From: Carcharhinus longimanus
Lineage: Eukaryota
Assembly: GCA_030264375.1 (NCBI GenBank)
Contig: JASCQW010000119.1
Span: 7,926,026 to 7,990,025 of the forward strand
Length of the DNA: 64,000 nt
Direction: 5' to 3'
Shown here: positions 1 through 11,300 of the stretch, in pieces
Layout of the letters: each line of letters begins with the position of its first letter
Numbering within the stretch: the first letter of the stretch is position 1
Notes under the pieces: generated by a model
What the model saw: the letters and a program-made list of their open reading frames with translations, nothing else
Database searches by the model: none
What the model was told of the DNA's origin: nothing
Made by a program: the position numbers and the translations under genes

Positions 1-640
1 ACTTTCAGGTTAGTTTCGGTGAATTTGTCAGGCGCTACCGGCTCGATTTGCAGCGAGTTCCCTGGACATCAATGTTCAGACAAGGCTCGGGGGCAAGGCA
101 TTGCAGGGGACGGGAACGATGTGCAGCCGATGGCGGGGTGTCAGTTCTCGGCCATGGGCAGCAAGGTTCAGGTTAATGTCGGTGAAGGTGTCAGTCGGTG
201 CGGGCTTCACGTACTGCGACTGGAGGGTTACAGGTATCTTACACGTGTATCAATGTTCGGACTAGGCTCGGGGAGAGGCGTTGGAGCGGGGGTTGGGAGG
301 GAGGTTGCTAATTATTTGCAGCCATTGACGGGTTTTCATCTCTCTGCCCCGTGCAGCACGTTCAGGTTGATATCGGGTGAAGGTGTCAAGCGGTGCGGGC
401 TCTGTTGGCAGCGGTTGGCGGAGTTGCAAGCCTCTTCCACAGGCCTCAATGTTCAGACAAGGCTCCGGGAAGGCTTTGGAATGGATGGGCACGATTTGCA
501 GCCATTGGCGCGGTATCAGCTCTCAGCCACATGCAACAACGTTTAGGTTAATGCTGGTGAAGGTGCCAGGCAGTGCGGGCTCGATTTGCAGCGGCTGGCG
601 GGGTTGCAGATGTCTTCCCCGGGCAACAACGTTCAGACTG
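1..640. repeat. GC-rich degenerate tandem repeat, ~90-bp units alternating in two types (~185-bp higher-order period)
   Basis: gttcaggttaatgtcggtgaaggtg-like motif at ~4, 166, 360, 541; aatgttcagacaaggctc-like motif at ~71, 251, 447, 628. Confidence 0.75.
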
Positions 641-2600
641 CCAGTTACCCAGTCTTCTAGCCATGTCAGGATCTTTCACACACCACCATGGGGAGTTAAC
701 TTATTTAACTGGCTCTTATGCAGCACCCTGTCAAAGGCCTTCCGGAAAACTAATTAAATCATGTCCACTGGTCCCCTTTTACTGACATTCCTTATTGTCT
801 CATCAATAACTTCGACAAATTTTGTAGACATGACCTCCCCTTGACAAAGCCGTGCTCACTCAGTCCTACTTTATAATGCAGACCCAAGTCTTCTGCGATC
901 TCATCGAAAATAATGAACTCTAAAATCTTGCCAATAACCAAAGTCAGGCTAACTGACCTGAAATGTCCCGTCTGTTGCCTCCCTCCCTTCTTAAACAACA
1001 ATGTTAGTTTCGTTACTTTCCAGTCCTCTGGTACCCTGCCTGTCTCCTGTGATTTCTGAAAGTTCAGCACCGAAGACTACACAATTTCCTCAGCCATCTA
1101 TTTTGGAAACCTGGAGTGTAGTCCTTCCGGTCCAGGTGCTTTATGCAACTTGAAACCTTTCCCTTTTCTCAGAACCTTCTTCTTATTTATTGCCACTACA
1201 CTCACCTGTGCCCTCGACTCCTTATGGAGCTCGAGCACGTCACTGGTTTCTTTGACCGTGAAGACTGATGCAATGTAATTATTCACTTCCTATGCCATTG
1301 TTTTGTTTCCTATTATTACTTACCCAGCCTCATTGCGAGTGGTCCAATGCCTACGATCCCTATCTTCTTTTATATTGCTAGGTCGTCATTATACACTTAT
1401 TTCATTTTCGCTCGGCCCTCACCACCACCCCACCCCGCAACCACTCACCACTCTTGTTTTTTTAGTTGTCCTCTTCTCTTTGTTAGGCGCTTCCCAATCC
1501 TGTCGCTTCCCACCATCCTTGCCACTTTGTGCGCTTTTTATTTTGTTTTTTATGCTGTCATTGGCGTCCCTCGTCACCCATAATGTCTTGTCCTCCCCTT
1601 ATCATGTTTTGTTTTCGTGCTTTGGAATGAATTCCTTTTATGCTCCCTGTTCACTTGTCTTCCCAGATAGGCTCCCCTACCAAATAACCCTGGCCAGCTC
1701 CTCCCCCATGTTTTTGTAGCTACGTTTATTTAATTATAATAAGGGTGGCACGGTAGCACACTGATTAGCAATGCTGTTTCACAGCTCCATGGATCTGGGT
1801 TCGATTCATGGGTTGCTGCCTGTGTGGAGTTTGCACATTCTCCTCGTGTCTGCGAGAGTTCCCACCGGATGCTCCAGTGTCCTTCTGCAGTCCAAAGGTG
1901 TGCGGGTTTGGTTGATTGGCCACGCTAAAATTGCCCGTTAGTGTCCTGAGATGCGTATGTAAGAGGGATTAGCAGGTAAAATATGTAGGGATATGAAGGT
2001 AGGGCCTGTGTGGGTTTGTGGTCAATGCAGATACGATGCGCCGAATGACCTCCGTCTGCACTGGATGGTTTCTATTTTTTTCTATGATTCTATGTAATAC
2101 TATTACATCTGATTTCATCCCCTCCCTCTCAAACAGAAGGGTAACTTATATCACAGTGTGGTCATTGCTCCATAAAGTTCCCACATCATAAGTTCCCAAG
2201 TCAAGTCTGCCTCATTACACTTCACCAAACCCAGTATGTCATGTTCCCCAGTAGGCTCTGTCCAAACCTGCCGCAGAATCCCATCCCTTAGACATTCCAC
2301 AAATTAATATTCTTCGGAATCACTACCAACTTGAATTTCCTAGTCCACCTGTGTATTGAAGTCCCCTTTGATTATTGTAACACTGTTTTTTATATACATT
2401 TTCTATCTTCTGATTCATGTTCTGCCCCACATCTGACGACTGCCAGAAGGTCCGTGCATATCTCCAATCTGTCTATTTTTACCTTTGCTTTTGGTCAACT
2501 CGACCCACAGAGATTGTATGCCTTCTGATCCGATTTTACTTTTTGCCATCAATTTAAATTCATTCCTTAGTAACAATGCAACCCAATTGACAATGTTATT
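640..2600 (-). mobile_element. CR1-like LINE ORF2 fragment (degenerate), interrupted by a SINE
   Basis: ORF 792-1070 VPEDWKVTKLTLLFKKGGRQQTGHFRSVSLTLVIGKILE...GFVKGRSCL and ORF 1098-1286 KAPGPEGLH are CR1 RT-region motifs. Confidence 0.9.
1743..2095 (+). mobile_element. tRNA-derived SINE (HE1-like shark type), nested in CR1
   Basis: gggtggcacggtagcac..attagcaatgctg A-box region, gggttcgattc B-box, tgtgtggagtttgcacattctcc core, tctatgattctatg tail. Confidence 0.85.
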
Positions 2601-2685
2601 TTAAGGCACCTGTAGAAAGCCATGCATTTTTATTTTATTTTCGCCTCTCATTTTTCCCCTCTGTTATATTCACTTTTCTCCACAG

Positions 2686-3052
2686 AACCGCTGCCTGCCC
2701 TTTCGAGCCACCTACGACTGAACTCCGGTTCGGATGTGAGGCCGCCAAGTTCCCTTTTTGAATTGAAACATGTGGAAAATGGCAGCATTTCGAGCATTGT
2801 GAAAGGCTTCGGTGGTGCGTCCCTCTGATGATCGTTCACTCAAATCCCTGTGGAATTGCACCACGATAATGGAAATAAGTGGCACTTCTGCTCTGAGTAA
2901 TCTCTCTGCTTTAAATCCCATTTTCTTTGGTCCAGTCAATCACCTCCAATCGACATAAGAACTCGACTCCAGAAACGCGCACTGCAACGTCTCGGCGGGC
3001 ATGTTGGTGGATTTAATATATTTTCCTTGTCGATGAGAATCATAACATGCCG
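2686..3052 (+). pseudogene. Candidate degenerate Ig-V-like exon (stops and frameshift)
   Basis: Strong acceptor cttttctccacag and donor cg|gtaagt, 367 nt apart. GSDVRPPSSLF resembles B-strand GxxVxLPC; ELDSRNAHCNVS in another frame resembles DxGxYxC. Confidence 0.3.
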
Positions 3053-3515
3053 GTAAGTCTGAATATGTCAGGTTGATGTACCCTTTGACAAAACCCTCAT
3101 CTTAAAAACGTATAAGTAGAACAGGTTGAGCATTTTTCCTCCACGATCTGTTCACATCGGCCAATGCACTTCAATGATGGAATTGCATGATTTTACCCCG
3201 GAGTGGGCGGAAGAGGAATATTTAATTGTTACAAAGATAAAATGTGGTCCGCCAGTTATCATAGTAAACATACACCGTTTAGGGGATGGTAGCTTACAAT
3301 AATCCTGAAAAAATGGGAGCACAGTATGCCTTTTTGAATTGATGAACAAAATGCAATCTACTCACCTCAGTCGCATAGGAGTGAACAAAAAAAAAACTCT
3401 GCAAGATAAGGCATCATGGGATCGTAACATCGCGTCAGTAGCTCAATTAGATAAAAATAAAACAGAAGAAATGTGAATATATAATTGTGGATTATATGTA
3501 ATTACTGTGCCATAG

Positions 3516-3530
3516 GCGTACTCGACCAAC
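3516..3530 (+). CDS. Candidate 15-nt microexon (GVLDQ)
   Basis: ctgtgccatag|GCGTACTCGACCAAC|gtaagt; open in phase 1. Confidence 0.4.
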
Positions 3531-4682
3531 GTAAGTAAATGGTGTTGCCTGACCTATTGGCTGAAGTGTCATTTTTTGAACGATTACAGAAGCCTTAAAA
3601 TGTAAAGCAGACCTAAAGAAAACAAGTAAGTTGGACATAATGCTGACAGAATTAAGCATCGGTGAAAAAAATGACGTGTTTTACATACTATAATCGAAGC
3701 CAGCAGATATGCTTGACACAAGTTACACAATGTCTAGAAAAACATAAGTGATGNNNNNNNNNNNNNNNNNNNNNNNNNNNNNNNNNNNNNNNNNNNNNNN
3801 NNNNNNNNNNNNNNNNNNNNNNNNNNNNNNNNNNNNNNNNNNNNNNNNNNNNNNNNNNNNNNNNNNNNNNNNNNNNNNNNNNNNNNNNNNNNNNNNNNNN
3901 NNNNNNNNNNNNNNNNNNNNNNNNNNNNNNNNNNNNNNNNNNNNNNNNNNNNNNNNNNNNNNNNNNNNNNNNNNNNNNNNNNNNNNNNNNNNNNNNNNNN
4001 NNNNNNNNNNNNNNNNNNNNNNNNNNNNNNNNNNNNNNNNNNNNNNNNNNNNNNNNNNNNNNNNNNNNNNNNNNNNNNNNNNNNNNNNNNNNNNNNNNNN
4101 NNNNNNNNNNNNNNNNNNNNNNNNNNNNNNNNNNNNNNNNNNNNNNNNNNNNNNNNNNNNNNNNNNNNNNNNNNNNNNNNNNNNNNNNNNNNNNNNNNNN
4201 NNNNNNNNNNNNNNNNNNNNNNNNNNNNNNNNNNNNNNNNNNNNNNNNNNNNNNNNNNNNNNNNNNNNNNNNNNNNNNNNNNNNNNNNNNNNNNNNNNNN
4301 NNNNNNNNNNNNNNNNNNNNNNNNNNNNNNNNNNNNNNNNNNNNNNNNNNNNNNNNNNNNNNNNNNNNNNNNNNNNNNNNNNNNNNNNNNNNNNNNNNNN
4401 NNNNNNNNNNNNNNNNNNNNNNNNNNNNNNNNNNNNNNNNNNNNNNNNNNNNNNNNNNNNNNNNNNNNNNNNNNNNNNNNNNNNNNNNNCATCATAGGGA
4501 TTCCCAGTTAGTTCAGCAGTATCACATATTTGTTATTTTTCTTTTTCAGCTGAGATATGAATGAATTGAATGTTTCATCATTGGAGTTAATTAACAAAAT
4601 CAATATTAAAATAGTGGAACGTATTTTCTGATATAACACATACACGTATTTTCTTGTTTTCTATGTTGCCCGGGTCAATCAG

Positions 4683-4959
4683 AAGACAATTGACTCTGAA
4701 CAAATCGCATTAACCTCAGCGTCATTTTATTTGGACGTCATTATTTCTGGATTCATCTTCATTGATATGATAACTGGTTTATGTTGTTTAATATGACCAG
4801 CTCCATGATCTGGATGATCTCCATGACCAGCCCATAACCGGCTTCAGAAACAATTGATAACATGACGAAATTCAGTGTAGCGTTACCCAATGTATCATTA
4901 TGCTTGCCTGTTGGTATGGAGGATTGAAGACGTGTTGGAGACTTTCAGTCGAGAAATTG
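4683..4959 (+). pseudogene. Candidate degenerate transmembrane-like exon
   Basis: Frame at 4683 reads ...SASFYLDVIISGFIFIDMITGLCCLI*; a later frame reads ACLLVWRIEDVLETFSREI and ends in phase 1 at g|gtaaat. Confidence 0.2.
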
Positions 4960-5189
4960 GTAAATATTTGCATGATACATATTAACTTAATCTTAGAGCA
5001 GCAGGGTTGAAAGTAAATACCATGCATGAAAACAATCCACAGATAACGCACAGGGTCATTTCATTCTGTGGTGTAACAAACATGATGACATTCTGAAGCA
5101 TTGGCCGTAGAGTACATGTGCGACTGTGTCAAATTCGGAGGTCCTGTCATGGTATATAGTTAGAATTTGCCAAAGAACCTCAATAGACG

Positions 5190-8100
5190 ATCATAATTTC
5201 ACACACCAACAAGTTATTGGAGTAGAATTAGGCCATTTGGCCAATCCAGCACGCTGTGCCATTCGATCCTGATTGATATGATCCTTATCCCAATTTCGCT
5301 GCCTTCTCCTATTACATTTCAACCTATTACCAATTAAAAGTTTGTCCACCTCCTCTTTAAATTTACTCACTTTCCGAGCATTCACCACACAAATGGACAG
5401 CGATTACACGGAATCACAACACTGTGTGAGAAGTTTTTTTTTTCAACTCTGCTTTAAATTTGCTGTCCCCTTTCCTCAGCCAATCACCTCTTGTCTTAGT
5501 ATCCACTCCGTGTCTACTCTATCCATACCTTTTGTCATGTTGTATACATCAATTTAATTTCCTCTAATTCTTCTAAATTCCAGAGAGAATAGGTAAAACT
5601 GTTCAATCTCTTGTCATGCGACAAACCCCTACATCTCTGTAATCAAGCGAGAGAAACTCTTCTGAATCTCTTGCAATGCCAGTACATCTCTCCTTGAAAT
5701 GCAGTCCATACTACTCCTGGTGCGACTTCACTAATGCCCTGTAAAGTTGTAGCAATACTTCTGTAGGCTAATATTCTGCCCCCTTAGCTGCAAATGCCAA
5801 TATGTCCTTTGTTTTCTTTATTACCTGCTAGTTTTCTGTCCCATATGAACGATGACACCCAGATCCCTCTGCAGTGGAGCACCCCAAAGTTTCTTCCCAT
5901 TTAGACAATAAGTTGCCTATTCTTTTTTTCCAACCAAAATGCACAACCTAGGCTTACTAACATTAAACTACTGCTGCCACAATTTGACCCACACTCAAAA
6001 CCTCTCTGTATCAACTTACGAGGTTCTTATTCCCTCATTGCATGGTACCGTCCTGCCTACGTTTGTGTCATGCTCAACTTGACAACAGGGACTTTTACCC
6101 CTGCCTCCAGATCGTTAATAAAGGTTTTGAGTAGTTGGGGCCCGAGTACAACTCCCTGAGGAACACCATTAGTTACGTCTTGGGATCCAAAACAAAACTC
6201 ATTTATTCTGACTGTCTTTCTTCTGTCCATCCGTCAGTCACCTATTCAAGTTAATAAATCATCCCTAATCCCATGAGAAATAATCTTGTGAATTAACCTT
6301 TTGTCTGGCACATTGTCAATCACCTTCCGGATGTCCAGCTATATAACATCTACAGGATCGATAATATTCACTTTGATTGTTACAATCTGGACGAACTCTA
6401 TACAAATAGTCAAACATGAGTTGCATTTTAGAAAACCACGCTCTGATTGATGGTGTTTTGACTTTCCAAATGTTATGATATTGCGTCCTCAATGACTGAT
6501 TTTAGCTCTTTGCCAACAACAGATGTCAAAGTAACTGTTCTGTAATTTAATACATGTTGGCTCCCTCCCTTTTTTGAATAAGGGTGTCACTTTCGCATTT
6601 TTCAATACATTGGACCCTTTCTTGTTTCCAGGAAATTGTTGAAATATTATAACCAATGGATCCGCTATCTCCACTGTCACTGTCTTTGATAACCATGGAT
6701 ATAATCTACCATTTCCATGGTGCTTACCTGCGCTCAATCCCAGTAGTTTGGTCAGTGTATTTTCCCTATCGATATTTCCCCTATTATAATTTGACCATTC
6801 ACTTCCATCTGACTTACCCGTTACTACAGGATTTGTATAATGTCCTCCATCGTGAAAACTGAGCCAAAACATTGAGTTAGCATCTCTGCCATGTCAGCGT
6901 TCCCCAGAATAAACTATCAGGGATCATCTTCCAAGGTACGGAAATTCACCCGAGTGATTTTCTTCTCATTTATATACCCACCATTTTTTTTTTGCTATCC
7001 TAAACTGTGTTTGTTTTCTTTTGCAATTTAACTGTGTTTTATTTATTTTTTTTATTATTTTCTATTTGTTTATTTTTGAAAGTTTCCCTGTCGCCAAGGT
7101 GCCACTGGCCTTCGCAATATTTTGTACCTTAACAGTTTATGTATTTATCACAAATAAGGCTCGCATTAACACTGCAATAAATATACTGTGAAATTCTTCT
7201 CGTCGCCAAACTCCACGCCTGTTCGGTCCAATGCACCAAAGTAGCACGTCTTTGACATTATAGGAGGAAACCGGAGCAGCCAGAGGAAACTCATGCAGAT
7301 AAGGGAAGAACATGCAAACTCGACACAGTCCCCAAGGCGGGCATCGAGCTTGTGTCACTGGCCCTTTGAGGCAACAGTGCGAACCACTTTAACACCGTGC
7401 TCCCCATTATATTGTACTTGAACTTATTGCTTAATCATGGATGCCTTATAAAACTTATTATTGTTTATCTTCACTCGGATACATTTTATTCGGGAGGACT
7501 TGAGCATCTCTTAAACAATTGACACTGCTCACCCTCTGCACTACATGTAGACTTTCTGCCCACTTGCGTCGGGTGAAAGCTATCTCCTTATCTATGTATT
7601 TTGTTTTGTTTAATTCCAGAACACTATTGTCTGGCTCTGCTTTATCACCCCCAAATTGAATTTTGAATGTTATCATACTTATGGTCACTAGTCCCCAGAG
7701 GATCCTGAACTATGAGGATATCAATTATCCTCTTCTCATTAAACAGTGTCAAATCCAGAGTAGCCAGCTCCCTCGGTGGTTCCAGAACATATTGTTCCAA
7801 GAAACAGTATCTAATACATTCAATGAACACGGCCTCCAGGCTACCTTTGCCATTTTGATTTTCCCAGTGTATGTGCATATTACAATCTCCAGTGATTATT
7901 GGCATACTTTTCTTGCAAACCTCCTGTACTTCCCGGTTTATATTGCAACTAATTGTGAAACTACATCTTGTTAACCTTAAGATTATTACTTCCGAGTTCA
8001 TCTATGCTTTGCTATTGTTTTCTTTTATCTCTATCCAGACTTATTCCACATGTTGATCTCCAGTGGTTATGTCATTTCTCATTAGAGTTCTGATCCATTT

Positions 8101-8280
8101 GCTTCACCAACAAAGTTGCACCAAAAGGTTTTAATTTCAATCCATCATTCCGAAATGCTGAGCTCCTTTTAATATTCAATTCTCATTCCTGCCCTCCTTA
8201 TAAGCTTGTCTCAGTCGTTGCCAGCAAATCAGAGCGTTTTATTTATGTTTGTTCAACGAACTCATTTTTTTTTTCCGAAT
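5190..8280 (-). mobile_element. Degenerate CR1-like LINE (~3 kb; 3' end at left)
   Basis: 3' UTR-type sequence near 5190-5340; EIADPLVIIFQ...NAKVTPLFKKG (6489-6872); APE motifs GDCNMHIHW...LDLTL...PLGTSDH (7645-8001). Confidence 0.85.
7135..7405 (-). mobile_element. tRNA-derived SINE nested in CR1
   Basis: Reverse complement of the SINE core: ggaggaaaccggagca...gaacatgcaaactc...cagtgcgaaccact..caccgtgctccc. Confidence 0.85.
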
Positions 8281-8299
8281 GCTTTGTGCATTTAAACAG

Positions 8300-8329
8300 A
8301 CTGGAGTCGTCCTACATCAAAAAAGCCTG
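8300..8329 (+). CDS. 30-nt microexon DWSRPTSKKP
   Basis: tttaaacag|...cctg|gtgagt. Confidence 0.7.
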
Positions 8330-11300
8330 GTGAGTGGCTGGACATTCTGTATCAGTTGAGGTTCTGACGGGCAACATTCCATTTTCGACAAAATGTTAGA
8401 TATTATGCAACAGAAAGTTGCTGGCATCGGAACATATTAAGGTGTGGAAAAAACAAACTGGTATTCGGAGTTAAGGCATATGAGCAGGGATCGGATGAAA
8501 TATTTTGATGAATTGGAGCAGTTGAATAATGTATCATCATCCCCCTTCCAAGTGTGCAATTGTTATTGTTCACGGGTGCAATGGGTATTGGACACAAATG
8601 GAACCTGACATGGGGACATTTTAAGGGATGCATTTAAAAAAAAAATTGTTCTATCTCGAAACTTACCTACTCGTTTATAATCCGGTGCATAAAGATTTGA
8701 CCCTTTCTATCCCTCTCTTTCATTGTCTGGTTATAATCTGCCACATTCCTAACTTGCATTCTTACCTCCTCCTTCAATTTGAATTTCCAATTTCCCCTGA
8801 ATCTGAACTGTCCCCCTGTTCAGTTTGAACTGCTATCTCCATCACCAGTGATAACACGGGCTAAGGTTTCGGTCCAGCATATGTTGAAGGATGACTGTCA
8901 CATTGACACTGATCCCGTCTTCCTCAGTGCTGGTGCCNNNNNNNNNNNNNNNNNNNNNNNNNNNNNNNNNNNNNNNNNNNNNNNNNNNNNNNNNNNNNNN
9001 NNNNNNNNNNNNNNNNNNNNNNNNNNNNNNNNNNNNNACTTTGTCCTCCTCCATCTGCACCAGAAACTCCACCATACAATGATCACTCTCCCCAAGAGGA
9101 TCCTTCACCGCAAGTTTCCTAATTCTACCCGCCTCATTACATAGCACCAGATCCAAGATGCTGTTAACTACGTGGACCACGTAAATTTTAACCGTGGACT
9201 CGAAGTTCCACTGCAATCTCGATGAGATATCTTGACCCGTGCACCAGTTCGGCAACACAACGTGCAGGTCCCTCGAATCTGGTCACAGAGAACATTATCT
9301 ACTGCCGTACGTTTGCTCTTCCCAATTGCAACTACGTTATCTTCAACATTCTTCACGTGAATGGCTCCCTGCACTACAGTGCTGCTATCAAAGGGCACAT
9401 TCTCCCTTCAGTTTCCTTTGCCGTCCACACAGGAAACAATAATATTGAATCAGTTGGACAAGGACAACGGCGGAGACACCTGCAAACCTGTCTCACGATT
9501 CCTCTACCTGCCTCACTCATAGACTCTTGTCCCTCACAACTGGCTGAGTTAAAGTTAGTTATTTAAAATCAGTTAACTGATGCTCTGCAAGTTAACAGTA
9601 GGCCATCCATTCAAACTGAAATCAAGCCAGGATATTTGTGTTCATACCAGAGGCACTGATTAATTCAGAATCCCTTCTGCAATGTGTAAACACATTTAAA
9701 AAATACCGAAACTACGCCCTCTTGTTTTCCTTCAGACGGGTCAGAAGCATCAACAATAACGCCTGGTGAGTGACTGGAAATTCTGTATCATCGTGTTTCT
9801 GAGGGGCAACTTTCCATTTTCGCCAAACTGTTATATATTATGCAACAGCAAGTTGTTGGCATCGGAACATGTTAAGATGTGTGGAGAAAAATAAACTGGC
9901 ATTCGGATTTAAGGCATATCAGTAGGGATCCGATTAATTATTTTGATGAATTGGAGCAGTTGAATTATGTATCCTGTTCTCTCTTCCAAGGGTGCAATTG
10001 TTATTGTCCGAGAGGGCAATGGGTATTAGATACAAGTTCAATGTGATATGAGGACATTTTAAGATATGTATTTTAAAAAAAAGTTCTACCACGAAATTTA
10101 CCATCTCGTTTCTAATTCGGTGCAGAAAGACAATCACCCTTTCTATCTCTGTCTTTCATTGTCTGGTAACTATCTACCGCATTGCTAACCCACATTCTTA
10201 CCTCCTCCTTCAATTTGGGTTTCCAATTTCCCCCGAAACTGAACTGTCCCCCTGTTCAGTTTGAACTGCTATCTCCACCACCAGTGATGACACGGGCTAC
10301 GATTGCCGTCCAGCGTATACTGGATGATGACTGTCTCATTGGCACTGATCCGGTCTTCCTCAGTACTGGTGCCAGTGTCCCAGGAACTCAAATATGTTCC
10401 TCCCACATCAATCTTTAAGCCATGCAGTGAACTGCATAATTTTATTGCCCCTTTGCCGATTTGCTCGTGGCTTAGCTTTGAATCCTGAAATGATTACTCT
10501 TTTGGCTGTGATTCTTTTTAACGTATTCCTCGTCGCTCCTAATTCTCCTTGAACAGAGCCTCTGACCTTGTTTTATCTATGTTGTTGTTAACTACGTGGA
10601 CCACGTAAACTTCAACCGCGCACTCTCAGTTCCCCTGCGACCTGGATGAGATATCCTGACCCGTGCACCAGTTCGGCAACGCAACGTGCAGGCCTCTCGA
10701 ATCTGGTCGCAGAGAACATTATCTGCTGCTGTACATTTGCTGTTCCCAATAGCAACTACATTTTCTTTCACTATCTTCACGTGAATGGCTCCCTGCACTA
10801 CCGTGCTGCTAACAATGGGCTAATTCTCCCTTCAGTTCCCTTTCCCGTCCACACAGGAAGCAATAATGTCGAATCCGTTGGACAAGGACAACGGCGAAGA
10901 CTCCTGCAAACCTATCTCACGATTCCTCTACCTGACTCACTCATAGTCTCTTGTCCCTCACATCTGGCTGAGTTACAATTCGTTATTTTAAGTAAGTAAA
11001 TTCTTGTTCTGCAAGTTAACACTAGGTCATCCATTGGTACTAAAATCAGGCCAGAATATTTGTGTTCATATCAGAGGCACTGATTAATTCAGAATCCCTT
11101 CTGCAATGTTGAAACACATTAAAAAATACCGAAACTATGCCCTCTTCTTTACCTTCAGGTTTGTCAAAACCATCAACTGCACCGCCTGGTGAGTGACTGG
11201 ACATTCTGTATCAGTCGTGTTTCTGAGGGGCAACATTCCATTTTCGCCAATCTGTTAGATATTATGCAACTGAAATTTGTTGGCATCGGATCATATTAAG

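Noticed and set aside
9168-10999. Paired ORFs 9222/10646 and 9168/10592 as duplicated genes
   Set aside because: They are translations of repeat-derived intron sequence within the 1.43-kb tandem units and have no independent gene structure.
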